From Octopus sinensis (taxonomy: Eukaryota): 64,000 nucleotides of DNA. Positions 23,761-37,084 of the stretch are shown here, piece by piece. Numbering within the stretch: position 1 is the first letter of the stretch; each line of letters starts with the position of its first letter. The stretch lies in assembly GCF_006345805.1 (NCBI RefSeq), contig NC_043007.1, positions 35,526,001-35,590,000 on the forward strand, read 5' to 3'. The notes under the pieces are model-generated. The model did not search any database and was not told the origin of the DNA. It saw only the letters and a program-made list of their open reading frames with translations. The position numbers and the translations under genes were made by a program.

Positions 23761-24270
23761 CGCTAGCCACTACACATTCTTTAGTTTCTCTCCTTGTTTC
23801 TTTCTGTGTTCCTTTCTGTAGAAGAGCATAGGCTCGAAACATTAAAGGCCTTTTCACTTCCCGAGCGTTAAGCTAATACATCTGTTTGCTGTCTACACCA
23901 CCTGTCTTCGTCTTTTTTTTTTTCTGTGAATTCTCCCTATATATGTTTTCACACCTTTAGACACAGAAACATATTTTCGCAACTGTTCTCTTACTTCTAC
24001 TCAGTCTATCTTTTTCATACAGTCATGTTCATTTTGGAGATTATCTCCCCTTCCCAATTGGAATTTGTTACGACTGACTTCTAGTGATTGTTCTACCTTC
24101 TCTAAAAGCGGAAATGATTTCAGTAAATCAAGAATTGACATTTTATAGTATTTAATATACTTGTATTCATTTTTCTTGTAGAAATACATGCTATTGACCT
24201 CTGTGGCTCATTTTCGTTACATACACATTCATAAGTTTATGTGCATGTATATACAGGCGGTCCTGTATGC

Positions 24271-24334
<64 letters not shown>

Positions 24335-24474
24335 AAGTTTCATTCTTTCCGGACTTCACTAGTAAGAAACAATGAAGGGAACCAGATTAAGCTTTAAAAA
24401 AAGGAAAATTAGTCCTAAAAGTTTGAGAACACTGCGAAGACAGTTTAGGAAGGAGTTTCATACATGATACACAA

Positions 24475-24746
24475 ACGCATACATACATACATACATACAT
24501 ACACATACATACATACATACATACATACATACATACATACATGCACTCATACATACATACATACATACATACATACATACATACATGCACTCATACATAC
24601 ATACATACACACACTCATACATACATGCACTCATACATACATACATACATGCATACATACATACATACGTGCATACATACATGCATACATACATACAGAC
24701 AGACAGACATGCATACATGCATACATACATACATGCATAACACATT

Positions 24747-24796
<50 letters not shown>

Positions 24797-24806
24797 TACA
24801 TACACA
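24475..24806. repeat. (ACAT)n/(CA)n microsatellite
   Basis: Seen directly. Confidence 0.97.
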
Positions 24807-24807
24807 C

Positions 24808-25100
24808 ATGGAGGCACATGGCCTAGTGGTTAGAGCAGCGGACTCGCGGTCGAGGGATCGCGGGTTCGAATCTCAGACCGGGCAATGTGTGTGTGTGTTT
24901 ATTAGCGTAACACCTAAGCACCACGCGGCTCCAGCAGAAGGTAATGGTGACTCTTTCGCCACAACTTTCTCTCACTCTTTCATCCCGTATCTTGGAGCTC
25001 ACCTGCGACGGACCGGCGTCCCATCCAGGTGGGGAACCTATACGCCAAGGAAACCGGGAAACCGGCCCTTGTGAGCCAGGGATGGCTCGAGAAGGAACAT
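24808..25100 (+). mobile_element. SINE family B1
   Basis: Homologous to 2130-2428. Confidence 0.9.
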
Positions 25101-25158
25101 ACATATATGTATGTATGCATAGACACGGAATCGCACCCACACACATGCAAATACACAC

Positions 25159-25202
<44 letters not shown>

Positions 25203-26164
25203 ACACACATATATATGAATGTATGTGAGTGTATATGAATGTGTGTGTTTGTGTGTGCGTGTGCGCGCTTCTGTGTGTACCGTCACCGTTTGACAACCTG
25301 TTTCTTTATTTACCCGCAACTTAGCAGCCCCACAAAAGATATCGATGAGATAATGTCAGACTTTAAAAAAAAAACTGGGTCGATTTGTTCTGCTAAACCC
25401 TTCTAGGTGGTGTCCCAGCTCGGCCGCACTTCAATGAATGAAACAAGTAAAAGTAAAGGCTCACATTATTCATTCAGTTTATCCAGCAGATTGCGATTTG
25501 GGGCGGGGAGGGGGAGATTTGACTGCTATTTCTAGCAATTTAAGTAGCAGTTGTTTAGTGGCTCCTTCGTTGTCACTTTATACGACGCAGCGATTATTCA
25601 ACGTCTCTCTTTTCTAAGAGGAAAGGTAATGATTTGACGGTGATTTAGCTGCTCTTTCTTGCAGGTCCAATGACCATGTAGCGGCTATCTGTTGGCCCTG
25701 CATATGATGGGAACATGAAACATGATGGAAGAAGAAACAAACTCTCTCACTTTCTCTTCTCCCTCTCTTTCTCCCCCAATCTCTCTCTCTCCCTTTCAAT
25801 CCTTCTCTGACCGCCACTCAATATAAATCATGCTTTTCTAACAACAAACCTCCTGAGTTATCTCCCTTGAAAAACTTCACTGCGTCGTTTTTCTATCAAT
25901 CTCTTAACCAATAAACGTTTTGAATTATCTCCCTTGCACCCAGATTATTTTTATTTCTTTGTCTATGGTAAAATCTATCCAGATCCAAATTGTTTTATAT
26001 GCGGTGGTTCTTAACTTAAGCGGTAATTCCGTTGGACGAGCCGTTAGCTAACAAGAAGGTGTCAAATGTCAAGAAGGCATTGACGGTTTAAGGGGGTGGA
26101 TGATATTTTTGATTTAGAAATAAGATGGTAATTGAGGCAGGTTTGAGGTTGCTCGGCAGCTTCG

Positions 26165-26425
26165 ACACTAGTCATCTACTGTAGACCCTGACCGACCAGT
26201 GCCTTGTAAGTGAATTTGGTAAGTGGAAACTATGTAGAAGCTTGTCATGTGTGTGTGTGTGTGTGTGTGTGTGTTGCAAGTACTTCGTTTCGGGTTCAGT
26301 CCCACTGCGGGGCACCTTGGGCAGATTTCTTCTGTTATAGACCCGAGCCGACCAATGCCGTTTGTGGATTTACGGTATAAAACCAGCGTGAATTGGTAGA
26401 CGGAAACTGTGTTGAAGCTCACCCT
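26165..26425. mobile_element. Diverged family C SINE fragments
   Basis: GGCACCTTGGGCAG and TTGGTAGACGGAAACT motifs. Confidence 0.65.
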
Positions 26426-26429
26426 ACAT

Positions 26430-26439
26430 GTGTGTGTGT

Positions 26440-26471
<32 letters not shown>

Positions 26472-26822
26472 TGAACATTTGCATGTATGTATGTATGCAT
26501 GCATGTATGCATATGTGTGTTTGTGTATATATGTGTGTGTGAAGATATGCATGTGTATAGATATGTAGCTTGTGTGTATGTATGTATGTACGTACGTATG
26601 TATGTATGTACGTACGTACGTATGTATGTATGTATGCATGCATGCATGCATGTATGTATGTATGTATGTATGTATGTATGTATGTATGCATGCATGCATG
26701 CATGCATGCATGTATGTATGTATGTATGTATGTATGTATGTATGTGTGTATGTATGTATGTATGTATGCATATATGTATGTAGGTTGGTAGGTAGGCAGG
26801 CAGGCAGGTAGGTGTGCGTAGG
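26430..26822. repeat. (TG)n/(GTAT)n/(GCAT)n/(GTAG)n microsatellite
   Basis: Seen directly. Confidence 0.97.
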
Positions 26823-27315
26823 TAGATGAATCGGTAGTTTCCAATTTGTGATTTATTTGAGGTATGTCTCTTTTGCAGAATTCAAACGTTTCATAAAGTA
26901 ACAAGGATCTTTATGGTTTACGGGTATCCGAACTGGTTACTGTGTGCATATATGATATATGCATGTGGGTTTACCGACACACGGTATATCCTCACATGTC
27001 ATCTCAATATAGAATTTTCTGTGCTTCATTACTGTTAATGTATGTGCATGTGCGTATACTAAATATAGATGTGATTGCGTGCATCTGTTCAGCCAAAAAA
27101 ACTCAAATGAAGAATCTTTAGACTGCCTTACAGAATTTTCGCAGCCCACTAACTCGTTTTATTTGGAGAATATGAATCAGTCAGCTTTTTGCTTTTATGG
27201 AGGCCCCTAGCATTTTTAGGCTTTTATGCAAACCTGTTGTTACATATCCAAGTGTAGTTATGATAATAGGAACAAATGAAAATCTATTAACCAGATACAA
27301 GATCTGTATGTTTCT

Positions 27316-27732
27316 TATTTCTTTATTGCCCAGAAGGGGCTAGACACAGAGGGGACAAACAAGGACAGACGAAGAGATTAAGTCGATTATATCGACCCCA
27401 GTGCGTAACACGTAGTTATTTAATCGACCCCGAAAGGATGAAATGCAAAGTCGACCTCGGCAGAATTTGAACTCAGAACGTAGCGGCAGACGAAGTACCT
27501 TACTCTTTACTGCCCACAAGGGGCTAAACACAGAGAGGACAAACAAGGACAGACAAACGGATTAAGTCGATTATATCGACCCCAGTGCGTAACAGGTAGT
27601 TATTTAATTGACCCCGAAAGGATGAAAGGCAAAGTCAACCTCGGCGGAATTTGAACTCAGAACGTAACGGCAGACGAAATACCGCTAAGCATTTCGCCCG
27701 GCGTGCTAACGTTTCTACCATTTCGCCGCCTT
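27316..27732 (-). mobile_element. Family A SINE dimer within one TSD
   Basis: 18-bp TSD caagatctgtatgtttct at 27298-27315 and 27733-27750. Confidence 0.92.
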
Positions 27733-28289
27733 CAAGATCTGTATGTTTCTCAACACTTCTCCACAGATGTTTTTCTTCTCTACAATTTTTGACAAGACAA
27801 AGCCATCGGGCAGTTAATCTCTCCAAGAGCGCATGAATTGGCTCCCTGTCCCACAGAACAATATCTGGTCCATTAAGTTTAGAGCAGTTGGCTGGTTTTT
27901 TTTAATGTTTTATTCTTTATTTTTAAAAGTGTTGAAATCTTCTGGTTCTGGTTTGCCTTTAGCATGGCCGTCAGAACAATCCTTCTTGCACATAGCATTG
28001 TAGACCGTCTTAGTGACTTTCTCATATCTCATGGGAATGGAATGTATTGCGAATATTTTAGGAAGCTACAAATTATATGAGGGATCCCTTCTACACTGGT
28101 ATGGCACAGTCTATATTTTCTGTTACAGCGTAAAAGTTTAGAGGCGTCCTTATCTCTCTGATTCAGGAATAGGAGATAGCTACTAAGTAGCTATCTACTA
28201 TTCCTCTATAATAAAAACGTGATTTTCTGGGTGATGTGCAATATATCTATCACAGGTCCAGGAAAGGCTACTTGCTGGCATTCCCTATG

Positions 28290-28364
28290 CATGTATGTAT
28301 GTATGTATGTATGTATGTATGTATGTATGTATGTATGTATGTATGTATTATGTATGTATGTATG

Positions 28365-28397
<33 letters not shown>

Positions 28398-28620
28398 GTA
28401 AAAAAATACAAACTGGGACAAGAACGTGAAACATTTAGAAGACGATACAAAAAACACGGACGGGACATTCGAAGCCTTCAATCTTCAGTCAAGAACCGGA
28501 TCATCTTCGCAATTTCGGCTGATGGATGAATGGATGGAAGGATGGATGGATGGATGGGTGGATGGATAGATGGATGGGTGGGTGGGTGGATGGATGGATG
28601 GATGGATGGATGGGTGGATG
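28290..28620. repeat. (GTAT)n and (GGAT)n microsatellite tracts
   Basis: Seen directly (28290-28395 and 28520-28620). Confidence 0.95.
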
Positions 28621-28734
28621 GAGGACATAAAAAAATTGCTTGTCATACAAACACTGGTTAATTAACTGCAACTAACAATGGTTCACTCAAGCAGGGACAA
28701 GAATAATACAACACATGCAATAAAATAGAGTCAA

Positions 28735-29200
28735 ACCTAACATTTGTTGTTGGAATGTTAGAACCCTCCTGGACACAAACTCGTCCGAAAATCCGGGACG
28801 TAGAACTGCACCGTGACAAAAGAACTTCAGAGATTGTACACAGACACAGCAGTCTCGTCAGAAACACGTTTAGCAGGAGAAAATCAATTAACCGACGTAT
28901 CGTCAGGTCTCTCTCTTTTTTCGTTACTTAGATCCAAAGCCGAACGAAAAGAAGGTAATGTTGACATTGCCTGCTCGACTGTATGGAAAGTCTTCTAGTG
29001 TAATCGATAGTATTATGAAACTTCGTTTTCCTCTGACACACAGTCGTCATGTAACACTCTTATATATCTATGCGCCAAACCCTACGGATCAGTGAAAAGG
29101 TCCTTGGTTCTTTCTATGAGTCTCTTCGTGCTGCTACTGCATCCACATCTGTTGATGATAAGTTATTGCTTCTTGGTGATTTTAATATTCATGTGGGCCC
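28735..29200 (+). mobile_element. Decayed RTE apurinic-like endonuclease (APE) domain
   Basis: WNVRTLLDT...RRT; KELQRLYTDTAVSSETRLAGENQLT; YAP; DKLLLLGDFNIHVG. These are APE motifs WNVRTL, SETR and GDFN. Confidence 0.88.
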
Positions 29201-29307
29201 TTTCGGTATCGGTTAAATGAATAGCAGCTTAAACTCTGCTCTGAATTTAGCTTAACTATCTGCAACACTGTTTTCCATCAAAAGCTCAAACACAAAGCTA
29301 CTTGATT

Positions 29308-29621
29308 TATGTATGTATGTATGTATGTATGTATGTATGTATGTATGTATGTATGTATGTATGTATGCATGTATGTATGTGTGTGTATGTATGTGTGTAT
29401 GTATGTATGTATGTATGTGTGTGTGTATGTATGTATGTACGTACGTATGTATGTATGTATGTATGTATGTACGTACGTACGTACGTATGTATGTATGTAT
29501 GTATGTATGTATGTACGTACGTATGTATGTATGTATGCATGTATGTATGTATGTATGTATGCATGTATGTATGTACGTATGTATGTATGTATGTATGTAT
29601 GTATGTATGTATGTACGTACG

Positions 29622-29655
<34 letters not shown>

Positions 29656-29780
29656 TGCATGCATGCATGCATGCATGCATGCATGTATGTATGTATGTAT
29701 GTATGTATGTATGTATGTATGTATGTATGTATGTATGTAGGTATGTATGTATGCATGCATGCATGCATGTATGTATATGT
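29308..29780. repeat. (GTAT)n/(GTAC)n/(GCAT)n microsatellite
   Basis: Seen directly. Confidence 0.98.
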
Positions 29781-29904
29781 AACGACAGAGTTTAAATATC
29801 ATAACACAGATCAGAAATGAATGAAGAACAATATCAATTAATTAATTATTAAGATGGCCATTTATTATATCATTAGTGATTATATGACAAATATTATAAT
29901 ATTA

Positions 29905-30478
29905 GTGAAGGGGCATGGTTCAGTGATTAGAGCGTCGAGCTTACGATCGTGAGGTTGTGAGTTCGATTCCTGGACCGGGCTGCGTGTTGATTCTTGAGCA
30001 AGACACTTTATTTCACGTTGCTCCAGTTCACTCAGACCGGGCATTGCGAGTGTTTATTGAGCGAAAACACCTAAAGCTCCACGAGTCTCCTGCAAGGGGT
30101 GGTGGTGATCCCTGTTGTACTCTTTCACAACAACTTTCTCTCACTCATTCTTCCTGTTTCTGTTGTACCTGTATTTCAAAGGGCCAGCCTTGTCACACTC
30201 TGAGTCACGCTGAATCTCTTCGTGAACTACGTTAAGGGTACATGTGTCTGTGGAGTGCTCAGCTACGTGCACGTTAATAAATGAGCTGCGACATTACTGG
30301 TGCCAAGCTGTATCGGCCTTTGCCTTTCTCTTGGATAACACTGGTTGTGTGGAGAGAGGAGGATGGTATGCATGGGCAACTGCTGGTCTTCCATAAACAA
30401 ACTTGCCCGGACTTGTGCCTGGGAGGGTAACTTTCTAGGTGCAATCCCATGGTCAGTCATGACCGAAGTGGGGTGGGG
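29905..30478 (+). mobile_element. Family D SINE carrying an internal family B2 fragment (30036-30278)
   Basis: The outer parts match 3255-3595; the inner part matches the middle of 3801-4190. Confidence 0.85.
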
Positions 30479-30757
30479 TCTGAAATTATAATATTAGTTA
30501 TTACAATATATATAGAATATACAAGTTTGTCGAGTTGTTTATCTGAACATGAGTTGTTTGTAGATCTCCATTCTGTGTGATAACAAGTTAGTTTCATCCC
30601 TGTGACTACTAGGGAGAAAGACACTAAAAGGAATGTATGTAGATAGAAACGGTAAGAAGTCTACCTTCACGTGCATTAATCAACATAGTTTTTGACCGGT
30701 AACAAACCGACCACAAAGAGAAAGAGATAACAACTTGGCATGTGTATTTATATTTTG

Positions 30758-31010
30758 ATAAATTTAATTAGGTCAACCGAGAACAGCAGGATTCTACACT
30801 ATATCAGTTTTGACTCGTGAATGCCTCGAAAATATTTTAAGAGGTCAGTTTATTCTCATTAATCACTCAGTAGTGCAGAAAGGTTAAAACAATGGGATGA
30901 GGACTTGTTTGACAATGTGGAAGAATTCGGATTCGCCCCGGAATCTTATCTTAGGTATTCTGTGGTGGTTCGCTACATATTTATATGTACACGTACATGC
31001 ATACACACAC
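30758..31010 (+). repeat. Unclassified dispersed repeat of about 240 bp, copy 1
   Basis: Clearly homologous to 54005-54250; both copies end in TATGTACAC(A/G)TACATGCA followed by (CA)n. Confidence 0.85.
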
Positions 31011-31045
31011 ACACGCACGTACGTACGTACGTATATACATGCATA

Positions 31046-31081
<36 letters not shown>

Positions 31082-31575
31082 TATTTCTAAGTCTTTCTAA
31101 AGGAGATTACGGCAGCGATACTGGATATTAATTGTTATCACCAAGCTAACATGGCAGTCCAAAAAATAGGACGAATGCTACCGTTGATTAGCTCCAAGAG
31201 GCCATCGCTTCTAGCTAGCTATGTGACACACGAACCTGTGTCCGTGTGCATCATAGAGAGAAAGAGAGAGGTGGGACAGACAGACAGACAGACAAGGTGG
31301 AGTTTGTATGTTAAAGACTATCTTGAGCTAATTGACCCATTCTATGGCGTTTAAGAGACTTAGAGGAGAAGACAGCCTGCTGCACGAAACTCGTAGTCAG
31401 CGGCAGGGTTAGAACCGCTGCTCCCGTTTGAACTCATTTTTATCTAAGTGGTGAAGCACAATGAAATGGGGAACCTTGCTCAAGGATAGAACATGCCACC
31501 CGGTCCAAGACTCGGATTCACCACCCAGCGATTGTTAGCCCAACACTCCCAAACACCAGGTCATACGCCTCCACA

Positions 31576-31750
31576 ATACATACATACATACATACATACA
31601 TACATACATACATACATACATACATACATACATACATACATACATACATACACACACACATACATCATACATACATACATACATCATACATACATACATA
31701 CATACATACTACATACATACACATACTACATACATACATACATACATACA

Positions 31751-31784
<34 letters not shown>

Positions 31785-31860
31785 CATACATACATACATA
31801 CATACATACATACATACATACATACGCGCATAAATACATGGACACACACACACACTCATA
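31576..31860. repeat. (ACAT)n microsatellite
   Basis: Seen directly. Confidence 0.97.
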
Positions 31861-31914
31861 CAATCACATATATACCACTTATGCTTATAAATACAAGCAT
31901 ATATATATATATAT

Positions 31915-32040
31915 TCATCCTTTCGGGGTCGATAAATTAAGTACCAGTTACGCACTGGGGTCGATGTAATCGACTTAATCCCTTTGTCTTTCCTTGTTTG
32001 TCCTCTCTATGTTTAGCCTCTTGTAGGCAATAAAGAAATA
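31915..32040 (+). mobile_element. 5'-truncated family A SINE
   Basis: Starts within the core (ttcatcctttcggggtcg) and ends in AAAGAAATA. Confidence 0.88.
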
Positions 32041-32049
32041 AGAAAGGCT

Positions 32050-33900
32050 GAAGATAGTTGTGTGCAAAAGTGCTACACCCTAGCAGTGGAGGGAACCTGT
32101 GGAAGAGGTAGACCCAGGAAAACCTGGGACGAGGTGGTGAAGCACGACCTTCGAACTTTAGGTCTCACTAAGGAAATGTCTAGAGACCGAGACCTATGGA
32201 AGTATGCTGTGCATGAGAAGACCCGGCAAGACTAGTCAGGCCATAACCCGTGGCCCCGACCGGGGACGTAGTCAGTCCTGTGCATACCTTCCTTCTTGTG
32301 ACACTTATGAAGACCTGTTGAGGCAAGTGAAAATCAAATCAAATCAAAACAAATCAAAATAGATGAACATCAGTGGAATTGTATTCTTCGTGGTACCAGT
32401 GCCGGTGGCACACAAGAAAACCACCCAAACGTGGCCGTAACCAGTACCGCATCGACTGGCCTCCGTGCTGTGGGCACAACACACACCATCCGATCGTGGC
32501 CGTTCGCCAGCCTCATCTGGCACCTGTGCCGGTGGCACATAAAGACACCATCCGAAGACCCGGCGACGTAGTCAGTCCACCTGTGCATACCTTCCCTCTT
32601 ATGACACTTGTGAAGACCTGTTGAGGCAAGTGTGTGACACTTGTGAAGACCTGTTGAGGCAGAGGCAAGTGTGTGACACTTGTGGAGACCTGTTGAGGCA
32701 AGTGTGTGACCCTTGTGAAGACCTGTTGAGGCAAGTGAAAATCAAACCAAATCAAAATAGATGAATATCAATGGAATTTGTATCTTTGTGGTTCAGTACC
32801 GGTGGCACACAAGAAAACCATCCGAACGTGGCCGTCGACTGGCCTCCGTGCTGTGGGCACAAACAACACCATCTGATCGTGGCCGTTCGCCAGCCTCACC
32901 TGGCACCTGTGTCGGTGGCACATAAAAACACCACCACCATCCAAAGACCCGGCGACGTAGTCAGTCCACCTGTGCTTACCTTCCCTCTTATGACACTTGT
33001 GAAGACCTGTTGAGGCAGAGGCAAGTGTGTGACACTTGTGAAGACCTGTTGAGGCAGAGGCAAGTGTGTGACACTTGTGGAGACCTGTTGAGGCAAGTGT
33101 GTGACACGCGTGACACTTGTGAAGACCTGTTGAGGCAAGTGAAATCAAACCAAATCAAAATAGATGAACATCAATGGAATTTGTATCTTTGTGGTTCCAG
33201 TACCGGTGGCACACAAGAAAACCATCCGATCGTGGCCGTTCGCCAGCCACATCTGGCACCTGTGTCGGTGGCACATAAAGACACCATCCGAAGACCCGGC
33301 GACGTAGACAGTCCACCTATGCATACCTTCCTTCTTGTGACACTTGTGAAGACCTGTTGAGGCAAGTGAAAATCAAATCAAATCAAATCAAATCAAATCA
33401 AAACAAATCAAAATAGATGAACATAAATGGAATTTGTATCTTTGTGGTACCAGTGCCGGTGGCACACAAGAAAATCATCCGAACGTGGCCGTAGCCAGTA
33501 CCGCATAGACTGGCCTCCGTGCTTGGGGACGTAACAAACACCATCCGATCGTGGCCGTCCGCCAGCCTCATCTGGCACCTGTGTCGGTGGCACATAAAAA
33601 CACCATCCGAGCGTGGCCGTCTGCCAGCCTCGTCTGGCACCTGTGTCGGTGGCACATAAAAACACCATCCGAGCGTGGCCGTTCGCCAGCCTCGTCTGGC
33701 ACCTGTGTCGGTGGCACATAAAATCACCCACTACACTCTCGGAGTGGTTGGCGTTAGGAAGGGCATCCAGCTGTAGAAACACTGCCAGATCTGACTGGCC
33801 TGGTGCAGCCTTCGGGCTCCCCAGACCCCAGTTGAACCGTCCAACCCATGCTAGCATGGAAAACGGACGCTAAATGATGATGATGATGATGATGATGATA
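32050..33900 (+). mobile_element. RTE LINE 3' end with an expanded, tandemly repeated 3' region and (GAT)n tail
   Basis: KCYTLAVEGTCGRGRPRKTWDEVVKHDLRTLGL...DRDLWKYAV, then four modules of 300-420 bp, then GGCGTTAGGAAGGGCATCCAGC...GCATGGAAAACGGACGCTAAATGATGATGAT. Confidence 0.88.
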
Positions 33901-34011
33901 TATATATATATATATATATATGCACACGCGCGCGCGCAAATATAATTATAAGATCCAAGGATCTAAGTACAGGAATTTTGTAAGCTTCGAGCAGTCCGTG
34001 GTAGGTATACT

Positions 34012-34275
34012 CTTTTACTCTTTTACTTGTTTCAGTCGTTTGACTGTGGCTATGCTGGAGAACTACCTTTAGTCGAGCACATCGACCCCAGGACTTATTC
34101 TTTGTAAGCCTTTGTAGTACTTATTCTATCGGTCTCTTTTGCCGTACCGCTAGGTTACGGGGACGTAAACACACCAGCATCGGTTGTCAAGCGATGTTGG
34201 AGGGACAAACACAAACACATACATACGTACACACATACATACATACATATATATATATATTATATATATATATAC

Positions 34276-34308
<33 letters not shown>

Positions 34309-34343
34309 CATATATATACATATATATACATATATATATATAT

Positions 34344-34437
<94 letters not shown>

Positions 34438-34600
34438 CGACAGGCTTCTTTGAGTTTCCGTCTACCAAATCCACTCACAAGGCTTTGGTCGGCCCGAGGC
34501 TATAGTAGAAGACACTTGCCCAAGGTGCCACACGGTGGGACTGAACCCGGAACCATGTGGTTCGTAAGCAAGCTACTTTCCACACAGTCACACCTGCGCC
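34012..34600 (-). mobile_element. SINE family C with about 230 bp of internal (TA)n/(ACAT)n
   Basis: Family C consensus on both flanks. Confidence 0.9.
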
Positions 34601-35384
34601 TAAACAACATTCGGGAACAATAATAATTTATTGGCTAAATGTAACCTATATACTAGTAAGGTATCTTCGACCATTACATCAAAGGATCTGCTCGCTAGGA
34701 AACAATTTAGCCAGAATTTTACCTGCTCCACTCCCTCAATTTGGACACAAACACACACACACACACACACAAAGACACATACCATGCGTACACGTATAAA
34801 AGTTTCATCATGAAAATAAATATTGTTGTATATCCAACATTTGCTGTCAGTTATGCAGTTCACATCGGTTGACTTAAGATGGAAATTGTTTTAAGTGTTA
34901 TTTTAAAATTATATTATTCATCTATTTATTTTTAGTTAATTAATTATCAAACAGTGTATCTAGGACTACATTATCTAATATATGTTTCCTTTTCTAAGCT
35001 GGTAGAACTTGATTTCAGAAATATTTGGCTGGTATTTCTAGGAAATAATAAACAATCACACAGCGGCTTCTGTGTTAGTTCGTAGGAACACCATTAGCTT
35101 TCAAGGTATGTAACTCTAGAAACTGTATTAGAATACAAACCTGAGTTATTTCCCTTGAATAGTGTTCATTTTTTTTTTTTTTTTATTCTCTTATCCAGTT
35201 TTTATCGAACATTTTTTCTGATAATTTTTTGCTGCTGATGAATGCCGCATAAACTAGTGATTAAACTACATCATCGCAGACTAACACGACACGGAAATGT
35301 CTTTTTATATTCCTATGCTTTTTTGCGGCCTTGTTTATAAGGCTATATATGTGTCAAATGTTTGTATATATACATATATATATA

Positions 35385-35482
35385 TATTTCATTATTACCC
35401 ACAAGGGGCTAAACATAGAGGGGACAAACAAGGACAAAGTATCAGTCGATAATATCGACCCCAGCACGTAACTGGTACTTAA
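35385..35482 (-). mobile_element. Partial family A SINE (3' part)
   Basis: acaaggggctaaacatagaggggacaaacaagg...cgaccccagcacgtaactggtac. Confidence 0.8.
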
Positions 35483-35486
35483 TTAT

Positions 35487-35631
35487 ATATTGGTCGGCCC
35501 GGGGCTATAGCAGAAGACACTTGCCCAAGATGTCACGTAGTGGGACTGAACCCGGAACCCGGAACCACGTGACTGAACTACGTGGCATCTTGGGCAAGTG
35601 TCTTCTGCTATAGCCCCGGGCCGACCAATAT
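35487..35631. repeat. Inverted repeat with 55-bp arms and a 35-nt loop, made of family C core sequence
   Basis: 35487-35541 is the reverse complement of 35577-35631 with one mismatch. Confidence 0.95.
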
Positions 35632-35847
35632 TTATAATGTACTGTTCCGGGTACTTTTTGCTTATCTCAATCCCATAAAAAAAAATTGCCATTAAAAAAC
35701 TAGGTTATCTCCCCACTAAAATGTTGAATTTATGTGGCGACAGGAGACTGGACTAAAAGTGTTAAATCCTTTTGATTCAATACTTAAACACATTGTTGAC
35801 GTTTGGCCTCCTCAATAGGCATGGTGTGATTTGTTATAAAAATGCTA

Positions 35848-36420
35848 TAGGCGCAGGAGTGGCTGTTTGGTAAGTAGCTTGCTTACCAACCACATGGTTC
35901 CGGGTTCAGTCCCACTACGTGGCATCTTGGGCAAGTGTCTTCTGCTATAGCCCCGGGCCGACCAATGCCTTGTGAGTGGATTTGGTAGATGAGAACTGAA
36001 AGAAGCCTGTCGTATATATGTATGTGTGTGTATAAGTTTTTGTGTCTGTGTTTGTCCCCCCTAGCATTGCTTGACAACCGATGCTGGTGTGTTTACGTCC
36101 CCGTCACTTAGCGGTTCGGCAAAAGAGACCGATAGAATAAGTACTGGGCTTACAAAGAATAAGTCCTGGGGTCGATTTGCTCGACTAAAGGCGGTGCTCC
36201 AGCATGGCCGCAGACAAATGACTGAAACAAATAAAAGAGATTATAGGTACAGATTATAGGAGTGACAGTGTGGTAAGAAGCTTGCTTCCAGATCACATGG
36301 TTCCGGGTTCAGTCCCACTACGTGGCACCTTGGGTAAGATCTTCTACTACAGCCCCGGGTCGGCAAACCCATGTGAGTGGATTTGGTAGACGGAAGTTGA
36401 AAGAAAACCGTCGTATACAT
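35848..36420 (+). mobile_element. Family C SINE (35848-36240) followed by a partial diverged copy
   Basis: Family C consensus. Confidence 0.88.
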
Positions 36421-36698
36421 ATATACCTGTGTAATAATATAATGGGGTGAGATAACCAAAAAGCACCCTGTTTTATTCGCTATTGGTAGGTTCGACCAAA
36501 AAATATACTCCAGCGAACGATAAATATCACTTAATAAACACAAGGTTAAAATGTGAGCTACCATAAGTTTCATGCTCAGATAGCACAGTAATTAGACGAG
36601 CTTGTATAGCGCACCTTAAACGATACACATTCGCGCGCACTTGCACACACACACACACACACACACACGCCCATACATACATATATGTACATATATAT

Positions 36699-36735
<37 letters not shown>

Positions 36736-36976
36736 GAGAGAGAGAGAGAGAGAGAGTGAGAGAGAGAGAGAGAGAGACAGACAGATAGACAGACAGACAA
36801 ATAAGTGCAGTTGTGGCTGTGTGATCAAGAAACTCATTTTGAACAGTGAATTCTCGGGTTCGGTTCCATTTTGTGACACCATGGGCAAGCGTGTTTTTCT
36901 ATAATCCTGGGCAAGTCAACCACTGCCTTGTGAGTCAATTTGGTTGGAAGAAACCGTGTAGGAGCCCATCCCCTGT

Positions 36977-37010
<34 letters not shown>

Positions 37011-37084
37011 TTGTGTGTGTGTGTGTGTGTGTGTGTGTGAGAGTGAATGTGTGTGTGTATGTGTGCATGTGTGTGTGTGTGTTA

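Noticed and set aside
25640-25740. Apparent splice acceptor ctctttcttgcag|gt at about 25675
   Set aside because: It lies in a decayed repeat motif also seen at about 25515 (gatttgactgctatttctagc), and no exon frame follows.
32290-33365. CRISPR-like repeats of about 30 bp (gacacttgtgaagacctgttgaggcaagtg)
   Set aside because: The repeats are directly adjacent or separated by repeated, non-unique modules. There are no cas genes, and the array lies inside a eukaryotic LINE 3' region.
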